DNA of 64,000 bases from Gammaproteobacteria bacterium (GTDB lineage Bacteria > Pseudomonadota > Gammaproteobacteria > Pseudomonadales > Pseudohongiellaceae). The stretch lies in NCBI GenBank assembly GCA_029253585.1, contig JAQWZF010000008.1:37980-101979 (forward strand), written 5' to 3'. Positions 48,384 through 57,797 of this stretch are shown piece by piece. Below the pieces are notes generated by a model that saw nothing but the letters and a program-made list of their open reading frames with translations, ran no database searches and had not been told where the DNA came from. Each line of letters begins with the position of its first letter. Within the stretch, counting starts at the first letter, position 1. Position numbers and translations under genes: made by a program.

Positions 48384-49673
48384 TTAACGCCGTGGTGGTC
48401 TCATCTTGCAACTGCTTTCAACGATAGTATCTTCCTTGGGTACCTGGTATTCGGTACGCAGTCCCCATCCGGAATTGTCAGCATCGAATTCTATGTCCTC
48501 ATCGGTATGCACCGAGATACTAAGTGACTGGAAAATCTGATGATCGTCGCCTCGCATCCAGATCTCCTCGTTGCCTATAGTGGTGAAGCGCATATCCTCC
48601 AGCGCCACAGCAATGTCATAAGGGTCGGTACTCTGGGTCTGTTCCATCGCCGTAACCACCATTTGCAGGGCGTTGAGTATGCGCGGTTGGGTTACATCGA
48701 AGTTTGGATTCTCTGCTTTAAAGTCGTGATTAAACTGTTTGCGTTCTTCGCTTGGCAGCGGATTGGCGACTCCGTTGTGAATCAGTCTGATCCTGTTCTT
48801 GCCGCCTTCGCCCAGTGTCGCGGTAATTCCATCGTAGGCCGCATAGAAAGTATAGATAGGTATGTCCAGGCCAGAGTCGATGATCGATCTGGCGAGGGAG
48901 ACCATATCGGCACCAAAGTTGCCGGTAATCACGGCGTCGGCGCCGGAGGAGACTATCTTGGTTACGTAGGGCGTAAAGTCTTTCACCTGACCGATGGGGT
49001 GGAACTCGTTGCCCACTATTTCGATGTCGGGGCGCTTCTGTTTCAACAATTCTATGGAGGTGTCTGACACTACCTGACCGAATGAATAGTCCTGGCCGAT
49101 GATATACATGCTCTTTATATCAGGGTCGGCAGCGATATAGTCGGTAAGGATGTTTAGCTTCATGTTGGCGTGTGCATCGAAACGGAAGTGCCAGAAGCTG
49201 CAGTTCTCTTCTGTGAGAATAGGGTCTACGGCAGAGTAATTTATCTGCAGGACTTCTTGTCCGGGGTTGCGCCGATTATGTCTGGATATAGTTTGGTTTA
49301 GTGTGTTGGCAACGGCCGAGCTATTACCCTGAAATATTATTTGGATGTCATCGCTGACAGCTCTGCGAAATTGTAGCTGAGTCTCGTTGGGGCTCTGCTT
49401 ATTGTCGAGAGGCACGATTTCAATCATGCGCCCTCCCAATATGCCGCCTCTGGAATTGTAGTAGTAGTCTGCCGAGAACTGCAGAATTTTCAAGCCTGTG
49501 TTACCTATCGATGCAAAGGTGCCAGACAGAGGATCCATGAAGGCGATGCGCACGGGTTCCTGGGCGGTACTTAGACTGCCCAGGCTCAGGGTGCTGACCA
49601 GACTAAGCGTCGTTAGCAGCTTGCGAATAGGCTGGGAAATGACAATAAGGGCTTGGAAGTTTCTCATAGGCAA
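48384..49673 (-). CDS. Periplasmic substrate-binding protein (type I PBP, LIV family)
   Basis: Signal peptide, then VRIAFMDPLSG... First gene of the five-gene - strand operon. The ATG at 49667 is an alternative start. Confidence 0.8.
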   Translation of the reverse strand: MPMRNFQALIVISQPIRKLLTTLSLVSTLSLGSLSTAQEPVRIAFMDPLSGTFASIGNTGLKILQFSADYYYNSRGGILGGRMIEIVPLDNKQSPNETQLQFRRAVSDDIQIIFQGNSSAVANTLNQTISRHNRRNPGQEVLQINYSAVDPILTEENCSFWHFRFDAHANMKLNILTDYIAADPDIKSMYIIGQDYSFGQVVSDTSIELLKQKRPDIEIVGNEFHPIGQVKDFTPYVTKIVSSGADAVITGNFGADMVSLARSIIDSGLDIPIYTFYAAYDGITATLGEGGKNRIRLIHNGVANPLPSEERKQFNHDFKAENPNFDVTQPRILNALQMVVTAMEQTQSTDPYDIAVALEDMRFTTIGNEEIWMRGDDHQIFQSLSISVHTDEDIEFDADNSGWGLRTEYQVPKEDTIVESSCKMRPPRR

Positions 49674-50045
49674 TGTAGTTCTTTTTAGATTAATTAGTAA
49701 GCTGGTTTTTTGTGCCTTAGTACATGCTTCGATCGAGCCTAAGGCCAGCGAATATCGACAGTAACCTAGTAGCCAGTCCGAATCAAGATGTCCTCACTAC
49801 TCTGCTTCGACTGTGTGGGAGTCTGTGCCGGATCGCAGAATAAATTCATTAAATTCAATGAGTTGTGAGCTATAAATTTTATGGGAGGATGCTGCAGACA
49901 GGAGTAGGTCGAGCCGAAGATGATCGCTGGACTGGGCTATGCTGACTGGCATAAAAACCCCAAGCGAATATACTTCTACTTCAGTCGCCCATTTGGCCCA
50001 GACCACTTATTCAATGGTTGTCTGCGCTAGCTCCCATGCCACTAC

Positions 50046-50456
50046 ATGCTTATGATAAAAATTGCAGTAACTGAAGTCGAATTTGTTGCCATCCGTGCCA
50101 GCGGCCCCGGCGGACAAAATGTGAATAAAGTGTCGACTGCCGTACAGCTGAGATTCGATGTGCGCCGTTCCAGCCTGCCCCGCGAGATCAAAGAGCGGTT
50201 GTTAGCGCATGCCGATGCCCGTATAAACAGCGAGGGCTGTGTCGTGATAAGGGCACAACGCTTTAGAAGTCAGGAGAAGAACAAGCAAGATGCAATAGAG
50301 AGATTGCAGAATTTGATAGCAGCGGCAGCGCACGAGGACAAGAAGAGAATTGCGACCAGGCCGGGTAGGGCGTCGAAGGAGAGGCGCTTACTGCAGAAGA
50401 AGAAAACCGGCGATAAGAAAACGGGTAGGGGTTCCGTGCGTTCCTATGACCAATAG
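50046..50456 (+). CDS. arfB: Alternative ribosome-rescue factor ArfB (peptidyl-tRNA hydrolase, YaeJ-type)
   Basis: GGQ motif in RASGPGGQNVNKVSTAVQLRFD, plus a basic C-terminal tail (KKKTGDKKTGRG). Confidence 0.85.
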   Translation: MLMIKIAVTEVEFVAIRASGPGGQNVNKVSTAVQLRFDVRRSSLPREIKERLLAHADARINSEGCVVIRAQRFRSQEKNKQDAIERLQNLIAAAAHEDKKRIATRPGRASKERRLLQKKKTGDKKTGRGSVRSYDQ

Positions 50457-50482
50457 TATTTGCATAAATTGCGAAGTCGACG

Positions 50483-50866
50483 ATGGCTATTAATCGAGTT
50501 TCACATATAACGGTATATGTTGCCGATCAGGATGAAGCCCTTACCTGGTATCAGGAAAAGCTTGGCTTCGAAGTATGCATGGACAACGATGCGGTAGTGC
50601 CGGGTATGCGCTGGCTGACTGTATGCCCTGCTGGCAATCATGCTACGCAGTTCGTCTTGGTGCAGGTACGTGAAGAATCAGACGTCAGTAGGGTGGGCAC
50701 TAATCTGATGACAGTCTTGAGTAGCACCGATTGCATAGGCGACATGGCCAGATTGGCTAGAGAGGGAGTAGAAATTGTCGGCCCTCCGGAAGAGGTCCCC
50801 TGGGGTATCTCGGGAGTCATTCGAGACCTCTATGGGAACCCGTACAACTTGGTAGGTCCAGGCTAA
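50483..50866 (+). CDS. VOC-family (glyoxalase-fold) protein
   Basis: 127 aa. VSHITVYVADQDEALTWYQEKLGFE and a C-terminal DLYGNPYNLV. Confidence 0.75.
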   Translation: MAINRVSHITVYVADQDEALTWYQEKLGFEVCMDNDAVVPGMRWLTVCPAGNHATQFVLVQVREESDVSRVGTNLMTVLSSTDCIGDMARLAREGVEIVGPPEEVPWGISGVIRDLYGNPYNLVGPG

Positions 50867-50891
50867 TTCGAGCCGGCTTAGGAAAAGCATA

Positions 50892-51425
50892 ATGAGAAAA
50901 CCTTTATCCGCTGCGCAAGCGGCCTGCTTTGCACTTGTTCTTCTGGTATCCGGGCTGTTGGTCGCGGCAGAAAATGCGGCGGATGCTGGGGCGAGTTTTA
51001 AGTATATTGCCAGTACACTGCAAACCTTTCGCGGCAGCGGCAGACTGGTAAACAATCCCGGTATCGATGGTGCCGATCTAGAATATTTTATCGCGCTATT
51101 GGAAGAGGCCTATCAGGGCTTTAGTCGTGACTTTAATAGTGAGAGTGCCATGTGTCGTTTCTATAGAGATCCAGAGAACGGCAAAATGACAATTCAGGAC
51201 AGGGCGCAGTTGAGTTATAGCTTTTTGCGAGATCCAGCTGCTCGGTTAGAAAAAATAAATTTGGCGAATGCCGATTTCAAAGAGGCGGTTGAGGATCAGT
51301 TTGGTCGCATCGTTCTGGACAACATCAATGTTGTGAAACAGAACTCAGTGAGTTATCAACAGCTGCCACCATCGGGCCTCGATGAGGCAGCCATGATTAA
51401 CTTTCTTGATGCGATGTGTAGCTAG
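50892..51425 (+). CDS. Exported hypothetical protein
   Basis: Signal-like N-terminus. No motif recognised. Confidence 0.45.
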   Translation: MRKPLSAAQAACFALVLLVSGLLVAAENAADAGASFKYIASTLQTFRGSGRLVNNPGIDGADLEYFIALLEEAYQGFSRDFNSESAMCRFYRDPENGKMTIQDRAQLSYSFLRDPAARLEKINLANADFKEAVEDQFGRIVLDNINVVKQNSVSYQQLPPSGLDEAAMINFLDAMCS

Positions 51426-52610
51426 TTAGTAGACCTCGAACAGCCCAGCAGCACCCATGCCACCGCCAACACACATCGTGCAGACTACATACTTTGCGCC
51501 ACGACGCTTGCCTTCAATAAGCGCGTGTCCGACCATGCGTGCACCACTCATACCGTAGGGGTGGCCGATAGAGATGGCGCCACCGTTTACGTTGAGAAGT
51601 TCATTAGGTATGCCAAGCTTGTCACGGCAGTAAATAACCTGCACCGCGAATGCTTCGTTCAGCTCCCACAGGCCGATGTCATCCATCTTCAAGTTGTTGC
51701 GTTCTAACAGCTTGGGTATAGCGTAGATTGGGCCGATTCCCATCTCATCCGGGTCCAGACCTGCAACTGCCATGCCGCGGTAGGCGCCCAGGGGTTGTAG
51801 GCCTTTCTGCTCGGCTAGCTTGCTGTCCATAATCACAGAAGCCGATGCGCCATCTGATAATTGACTGGCGTTGCCTGCGGTGATTACGCCGCTATCGAAA
51901 ACCGGCTTCAAACCTTGCAGACCCTCGAGCGTAGTAGAGGGACGGTTGCCCTCATCTTTCTCTAGCTTGGTGTCGTGGACGCTTTGCTGTTTTGTTTCCT
52001 TGTCCATGAACAGCATCTTCGATGCCATAGGCACGATCTCGTCGTCGAAAGCGCCTTCCTGTTGTGCAGCCGCTGTGCGTTGCTGCGACTGAAACGCATA
52101 CTCGTCCATCTGATCGCGCGACACATTGTAGCGCTTGGCAACAATCTCGGCCGTCTCTAGCATAGACATATAGGCATGCTCAGATTTGGCAATCACGTTA
52201 GGATCCTGTGCGCGATAGGCATTGCGGTGCTCGTTCTGTACCAGGGAGATAGAGTCCAGACCACCACCGACAACGATGGGCATGCCGTCACTGATAACCT
52301 GCTTCGCGGCCGTGGCGATAGCCATCATGCCCGAGGCGCATTGGCGGTCCATGCTCATGCCAGCGACAGAACTTGGCAAACCGGCAGCAACTCCTGCCGT
52401 GCGTCCGATGTTATAACCGGAGGAACCTTGCTGCATCGCACAGCCTATTACCACATCATCTACTTCGCCCGGATCGATACCGGCACGTTCAACCGCTGCA
52501 GCAATTGCATGGCCTCCCAGAGTAGGGGCATCGGTGTCATTGAAGGCACCTCTATAAGCTTTGCCTATGGGAGTGCGTGCTGTTGATACAATTACTGCTT
52601 CTTTGGACAT
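51426..52610 (-). CDS. Acetyl-CoA C-acetyltransferase (thiolase II)
   Basis: MDRQCASGM active-site Cys, [21 protein letters not shown] and CVGGGMG. The ATG at 52610 follows GGAGA. Confidence 0.9.
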   Translation of the reverse strand: MSKEAVIVSTARTPIGKAYRGAFNDTDAPTLGGHAIAAAVERAGIDPGEVDDVVIGCAMQQGSSGYNIGRTAGVAAGLPSSVAGMSMDRQCASGMMAIATAAKQVISDGMPIVVGGGLDSISLVQNEHRNAYRAQDPNVIAKSEHAYMSMLETAEIVAKRYNVSRDQMDEYAFQSQQRTAAAQQEGAFDDEIVPMASKMLFMDKETKQQSVHDTKLEKDEGNRPSTTLEGLQGLKPVFDSGVITAGNASQLSDGASASVIMDSKLAEQKGLQPLGAYRGMAVAGLDPDEMGIGPIYAIPKLLERNNLKMDDIGLWELNEAFAVQVIYCRDKLGIPNELLNVNGGAISIGHPYGMSGARMVGHALIEGKRRGAKYVVCTMCVGGGMGAAGLFEVY

Positions 52611-52687
52611 TCTATTCTCCATCTATAGTAAAAATTTGTGCGGACAGGCCGCAACAATCTTGAAACTCTAGTAAACTGCTCTTGAAA

Positions 52688-53215
52688 CTACTTCTTGCCA
52701 CAGATCAATGCGGTGACCGCCTCGATCGAATCTTCTGCCAGCTTCGCCATTTCCTCATTGGTGCGATCTTGAATGGGATGGGCGACGAACACGTTCAGAG
52801 GCGATATGCCCAGAGACTTGCCTTGGGCCGCGGCGGCATCGACAAATTCTTCCGATGCTACAAAGCCGGAAGGAACTCCTCTACTTTCTAAGTCCATGAT
52901 GTCATGCAAACTGCACGAGGTACATGAGCCTCAGTCGGCGAGTCCTTCGATTACTGCGTCACATTCGACGCTAATACGCTGTGTTAATTCCGTTGGCGCA
53001 ACCCGTGTGAAGGTTGGCTTGGAATAGCGTTTAACCTTGGCGCCGGCCTGTTCCAGGTGCTTCTGGACTTCGTCCAGAAATTCTTTGCCGCGGGGCTTGG
53101 AAATATCGAGCAGGCCGATAGTAGCGCCCGCAAGACTCGCTAGCCGTGGCAATAGCTGTCTTGCCGACGTCTGTAGCTCTGCTGTCGGATCCAGAAGGGT
53201 TGTTGGGCTTTGCAT
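52688..53215 (-). CDS. Candidate selenoprotein with U-G-S-C motif (TGA at 52931..52933 read as Sec); UGSC-type (seleno)protein
   Basis: ORF-track fragments 52931..53215 and 52688..52909 share one frame, separated by TGA plus 7 sense codons. Read-through gives ...ISVECDAVIEGLAD-U-GSCTSCSLHDIMDLESRG.... The ATG at 53215 has an AGAGGA RBS, while the downstream fragment has no ATG or RBS of its own. Confidence 0.65.
52902..52927 (-). promoter_or_regulatory. Candidate SECIS-like hairpin 3' of the in-frame UGA
   Basis: In the - strand RNA, UCAUGUA (52927..52921) pairs with UGCAUGA (52908..52902). That is 7 bp including one G.U, which would be a C.A mismatch on the other strand. The 12-nt apical region contains GU, and the stem begins 6 nt after the UGA. 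Confidence 0.35.
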
Positions 53216-53263
53216 ATTTTTCCTCTTTCTTTCAGTTATTTCGTTTAACTGCGGTCTATTGTC

Positions 53264-54724
53264 TTACAACTTCGTTGATACGAGCTGGCTGCCGCGTTCT
53301 CCAGAGGCTACCCAGCCTCCGATGATGGCGGAAAACATTCCGGCTGTGCCACCGGTGGTAACGATGTGTAGTCCATCGTCGCGAAACTTGTTGAGTACCT
53401 TGTCTTTAAATTTTTCCGGCATGCCCTCCGCGATGTCATTTGCGCCGCGTACGATCTCAGTACCAGGTGTCATTAATTTTTCGTAGAGCGCCTTGCGTAA
53501 ATCTTCTTTATTCCAGCCGCCCTCGCGGAAGACGCGGCGGTGTTCCGGGCAGACGACTAGAATTGCGTCTGCCAGCCCAAATACTTTTGTGTGCGCTACG
53601 CTGCGCAGACTCATCGCCATGCTCTTTGCCAGAGACTGTGGCGTGCGTGATTGCTGATCGAGTATCGGTTGCAGGCCATCACCAGCGAAGAGACTGATCA
53701 CAGAATCCGCTCTATCGAAACCTCGGTCCATCGACAGGCTTGCCCAGTTTTCATCGCTTTCATCTTCGGCGAAACAGTAGGTATATTTCCCCGGGTTGCC
53801 CATATTCGCACGGTCGATGCCGCCAGGAACACCACCACCGACATTGCGAATAATCAATTGCAGTGCCCGGCCAATTGTCGCATTCGCTCTATTGCCTTGC
53901 CCTAATGCATTGATGCCAGAGTTCATGCCGATCTGTTTGACGACCGGCCCGCTTACCACCATGACAGGAGAGGAGAAATACGTTGTGCACAGCAGGCCAT
54001 GCATGCAGAAACGATCTTGCAATGCGGCCTCGACGCTGGCGATAACCACCGGAAAGTATTCCGGCTTGCAGCCAGCCATGACGGCATTGATTGCTATCTT
54101 CTCGATAGAGCAGGACACGTTGTCCGGTGGAACTTTACCGATAATTTCAGCGGCGTCTCGGTCGCTGCCGTTTAGCATTCGCATAACCCGCAGGGGTGTT
54201 GGAGGAACCACCGGCAGGCCATCGCTCCAGCCTCTGTCATAGCAGGCCTCCATGATATCTTCGGCCTCCGCCAATTCAACCGCGCGAGCCTGCAGGATCT
54301 GCTTGCCGAAGCGCAGGGCGAGTACTTCATTCATGCCGGGATCTTGTGTCTTGGATCCGCAGCCAGGTTTAAAGTCGATGAGCTCGGCACCGAGTGCTTC
54401 TATGCCGGTGAAGCTCTGCCACTGCTTCTTCTCCCAGCCGTAGATGCGGGACTCTTCGGATTGGGCATCGTTACCATCGCTTAGTCGTATAAGAGTAGGT
54501 ACTACCTCTATCTCCCGTTGGTAGGAATACTCCAGGCTAGAGTCATCGATGACATCATCTATGTCAGCCGGAAAAGACGGGTCATCCTGCACATACACTT
54601 TCAGCGAAAGAGTCTCGTTATTTGCTAATGAGTGGATCACGGGTTCGATGAGCGCGCAGGTCGGGCAGTCTTTCTTAACGACCAGCGCATAATGAGTTGT
54701 TTGGTTTGCGATTGCTTGGTTCAA
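53264..54724 (-). CDS. Thioredoxin-like (CPTC) N-terminal module fused to a large uncharacterised domain
   Basis: 486 aa. N-terminus is YALVVKKDCPTCALIEPVIHSL (Trx-fold CxxC). The remaining ~350 aa (GWSDGLPVVPPTP..., AINAVMAGCKPEYFP..., GNRANATIGRALQLIIRNVGGG) match no family I recognise. TTG start after AAGGAA. Confidence 0.7.
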   Translation of the reverse strand: MNQAIANQTTHYALVVKKDCPTCALIEPVIHSLANNETLSLKVYVQDDPSFPADIDDVIDDSSLEYSYQREIEVVPTLIRLSDGNDAQSEESRIYGWEKKQWQSFTGIEALGAELIDFKPGCGSKTQDPGMNEVLALRFGKQILQARAVELAEAEDIMEACYDRGWSDGLPVVPPTPLRVMRMLNGSDRDAAEIIGKVPPDNVSCSIEKIAINAVMAGCKPEYFPVVIASVEAALQDRFCMHGLLCTTYFSSPVMVVSGPVVKQIGMNSGINALGQGNRANATIGRALQLIIRNVGGGVPGGIDRANMGNPGKYTYCFAEDESDENWASLSMDRGFDRADSVISLFAGDGLQPILDQQSRTPQSLAKSMAMSLRSVAHTKVFGLADAILVVCPEHRRVFREGGWNKEDLRKALYEKLMTPGTEIVRGANDIAEGMPEKFKDKVLNKFRDDGLHIVTTGGTAGMFSAIIGGWVASGERGSQLVSTKL

Positions 54725-54802
54725 AAACGAGTTCCTTGAGAACGGGCCGACTTTTCGTGCGGCTAGGCGCTATGCCTGATTCATGAGTAAATTGTCGATA
54801 GC

Positions 54803-55147
54803 CTAGTAGATAAATCCTAGGGTAGAAATACCGATGAGGATGTTAATGATCATGAAAACCGAAGAGGTCCTGGACATGACCTTCCACAGCTGCGGCCCTT
54901 TATAAGCGGCTCTTACGCCAATTATGAGCACCACGGTATAGGCCATCATTGCACCCACCATGATCAAATAAGGTACCCAGCGTTGATCGTCCACAGCGCG
55001 AGAGCCAAATACGGCGAACAGGCCAGCACCGACAATATACAGGGCCCAGTATGTAATGGCGAGACCGTAGTCTCCCCCTAACATCTTGGCCAGAAGGGAC
55101 TTTTCGCCCTCTGAATCTCTATCTACTGTCTGTTCTACGTCACTCAT
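54803..55147 (-). CDS. Small membrane protein, unknown function
   Basis: 114 aa with 3-4 TM segments. Confidence 0.45.
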   Translation of the reverse strand: MSDVEQTVDRDSEGEKSLLAKMLGGDYGLAITYWALYIVGAGLFAVFGSRAVDDQRWVPYLIMVGAMMAYTVVLIIGVRAAYKGPQLWKVMSRTSSVFMIINILIGISTLGFIY

Positions 55148-55428
55148 TCAACCACTCTTGTTAAGAGCCTAAGTGTACCGCAGGCCGCTGAAATTAAGAA
55201 ATTTGGTGCCGAATAGTGGGTATCCGGCCCAGGCTTCCTGAAGAGGCCGCAGACGCTCTCCAGCCTACAATTTGTAACAAACCTGGCGCTGGCCTTCTTC
55301 TATAATCCGGAATTCAACAGATTGTAACGATTTCGGGTCAAAAAGCGGTTGCAGCCGATATCTTAAATTCAGAATCCTCTAATAGTTTTGGCTGACTCCG
55401 TGTCTGTACCCACAATGAGACCTTATCT

Positions 55429-57612
55429 ATGTGCAGTAAGTATTTTTCTTCGCGTGCAATAGCACGCCGATTTGCGACTCTTTTCCTGCTTCTCGGCATA
55501 CCTGCGGCACTTTTCGCCCAAGACAATGTAGGTGAAGAGACCACGATAATGTATCCGGCCTCCTACTTCACGGAGTTTAACCCAGTTACCATCCAGGACA
55601 TGCTGGACCGAATTCCCGGCGTGGGTTCTGCCACAGGAGGCTCGAATCAAAATTCCCGAGGGCCCGGACAGGGTGGTGGCAATGGTGGCAGAGGATTGGG
55701 CAGCGGCAGCGGTGGCAGCCAGGTCCTGATCAATGGCAAGCGCACCGCAGGCAAGAACAATCAGGCCAGCGGTCAGATGGATCGCATTACCGCGGATCAG
55801 GTTAACTACATAGAGATTATCCGCGGCACCTCGGGCGAGCTCGATGTGCGCGGTAGCGGGCAGATCGTCAACGTCGTCTTGTTCGAGGATCTCTCGGCCA
55901 ATAGTCTGAGCTATGAGGTCAATATGGACCGCTATCTCGATCATAATACTCAGCCGGGTGGCTCGGTCTCTTACAGTGGGCAGACAGGCGGTCTGAACTA
56001 CGTGCTCAGTGCTGTAGCCGAACCCCGATACGATCACAACGTCAGCAAAGAGACCAGCATACTCGCCGACTTCGCTCCGAATGACGAGGTGCGCGAGGAG
56101 AGAATTCGTGAGCAGACCAGCTACAATTTCAGCATAAATCTCGATTACGAACTTAGTTTGAAAAGCAGCCTGAGATTCAATGCGCTGTATTCGGAGAATG
56201 ATAATCCCACCGACGTGCTGCGCTATACGACGGACCTTAGAGCTACGTCCAGGGCCGCAGCAATTGAGCGCGAGGAAATACCCGGGGATAGGAACAACTG
56301 GGAAATCGGAGGCGACTACGAATACCTTAGCGAAGGTGGTAACCGGTTTAAGGTTCTATTTATCAGTAATCGAAACAATAGCGCATCGACGAGAGAGCGC
56401 TATGACGTATTTGCCGACGATAGTGAGTCGAAAGATTTATTTCTCGATCTCGGTAGCGTCACCACCGAACGCATCGTACGCGGTTCCTATACGATGGGTC
56501 TCTTCGAGGGGCAGGATATCGAATTTGGAGCAGAACGAGCTCAGACGACTCTCGACTCGAGCCTGGCGCTAGGCCTGCCGAGTTCTACGGGTACGCCGTC
56601 GGCAGATTTCGGTGGGCTGGTGCCGCAAGCCGTTAGCAATGCCAACTCTACGGTTGAGGAGATTCGCATAGAGCCGTTCATTATCCATAACTGGATAATA
56701 AATTCACGAATGACACTTGAGAGCACCTTGCTCTATGAGCTCTCGGAAATCAGCCAATCCGGTGACGTCAGCCGTACCCGCGACTTTGACTTCGTTAAAC
56801 CCAAGGTAGACTTTCGCTACAATCTAACTCCGCAACTGCAGCTGAGGGGTTCGGCCGAGAAAGTGGTGCGCCAACTCCGGTTCAGTGATTTTGTTGCCTC
56901 GAACGACCCTCAGGATAACGATTCTATTACTCTGTATGGTAATGAAAACCTGCGTCAGGAATGGTTCTGGAAGTATGATTTCTATGCTGACTATCGTCTA
57001 CCCAACGACATCGGCGTCGTCAACATGAATCTCTTCTATCACCAGCATAAAGATAGAATCGCGCGTATCGATGTGTCTCCCTCGGAGGACAATCTGCAGT
57101 CTGCCAACGGTAATATCGGTGACGGAGATGTGGTTGGTATCAGCATAAACAGCAGTATCCGTATGCGTATGATCAATCTGCCTAACCTTCTGGTTACCTC
57201 GGCGCTTAGTGTGCGAGATTCAGAAATTGAGGATCCTTTTCTGGGTATAGATCGTCGCTTTGCGCGCTTCGGTCGCGGACGCCTTACGCTGGGGTTTCGC
57301 CATGACCTGCCACGCTGGAATATGAATTATGGTCTGGAGTGGAGCAATCGTTTCGATAGCAATGAGAAAGTCTACGATATCGACGATATTGCTGATTATA
57401 TAGGCGAGCCAAATACGAACGCCTTCGTTCAGTTCGTGGATTCCCGGGGAACTACCTACAGGTTTGACGCCAGAAACGCGACCAGCAATCTGCAGTGCCG
57501 CGAAAGAACGCGCTTTGTTGGACGGATTTCGGCGAACATATTGGAAGAGATCGAAGATCGGTGCGCGACGTCTGGCCGAGTAGTGTCGCTGAAGATCAAT
57601 GGAACGTTTTAG
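55429..57612 (+). CDS. TonB-dependent receptor
   Basis: Signal peptide, plug-like motifs (FNPVTIQDMLDRIPGV, VLINGKR, IEIIRG) and a C-terminal Phe (LKINGTF). Confidence 0.85.
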   Translation: MCSKYFSSRAIARRFATLFLLLGIPAALFAQDNVGEETTIMYPASYFTEFNPVTIQDMLDRIPGVGSATGGSNQNSRGPGQGGGNGGRGLGSGSGGSQVLINGKRTAGKNNQASGQMDRITADQVNYIEIIRGTSGELDVRGSGQIVNVVLFEDLSANSLSYEVNMDRYLDHNTQPGGSVSYSGQTGGLNYVLSAVAEPRYDHNVSKETSILADFAPNDEVREERIREQTSYNFSINLDYELSLKSSLRFNALYSENDNPTDVLRYTTDLRATSRAAAIEREEIPGDRNNWEIGGDYEYLSEGGNRFKVLFISNRNNSASTRERYDVFADDSESKDLFLDLGSVTTERIVRGSYTMGLFEGQDIEFGAERAQTTLDSSLALGLPSSTGTPSADFGGLVPQAVSNANSTVEEIRIEPFIIHNWIINSRMTLESTLLYELSEISQSGDVSRTRDFDFVKPKVDFRYNLTPQLQLRGSAEKVVRQLRFSDFVASNDPQDNDSITLYGNENLRQEWFWKYDFYADYRLPNDIGVVNMNLFYHQHKDRIARIDVSPSEDNLQSANGNIGDGDVVGISINSSIRMRMINLPNLLVTSALSVRDSEIEDPFLGIDRRFARFGRGRLTLGFRHDLPRWNMNYGLEWSNRFDSNEKVYDIDDIADYIGEPNTNAFVQFVDSRGTTYRFDARNATSNLQCRERTRFVGRISANILEEIEDRCATSGRVVSLKINGTF

Positions 57613-57663
57613 GCAGTAAGTTCTATCCACTCGCGCTATTGATGTTTTTCATCGCTCCCAAAG

Positions 57664-57686
57664 CCCGTCTCTTGACGGGTTTTTTA
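57664..57686 (+). terminator. Rho-independent terminator
   Basis: CCCGTC-TCTT-GACGGG followed by T6. Confidence 0.75.
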
Positions 57687-57797
57687 ATTGCGGGCCGAAC
57701 TCGAGCATGATTAGGCTTGGTATTGCCTCAAATGCTTCGACACTCAAATAGTAAAGATTTATGATGGCATCTAAGTCCCAAGCTCAGGTCGGTACCT

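Noticed and set aside
55423-56037. 204-aa - strand ORF overlapping the 5' end of the TonB-dependent receptor
   Set aside because: The + strand frame has a signal peptide and plug motifs. The antisense ORF has no RBS or motif support.
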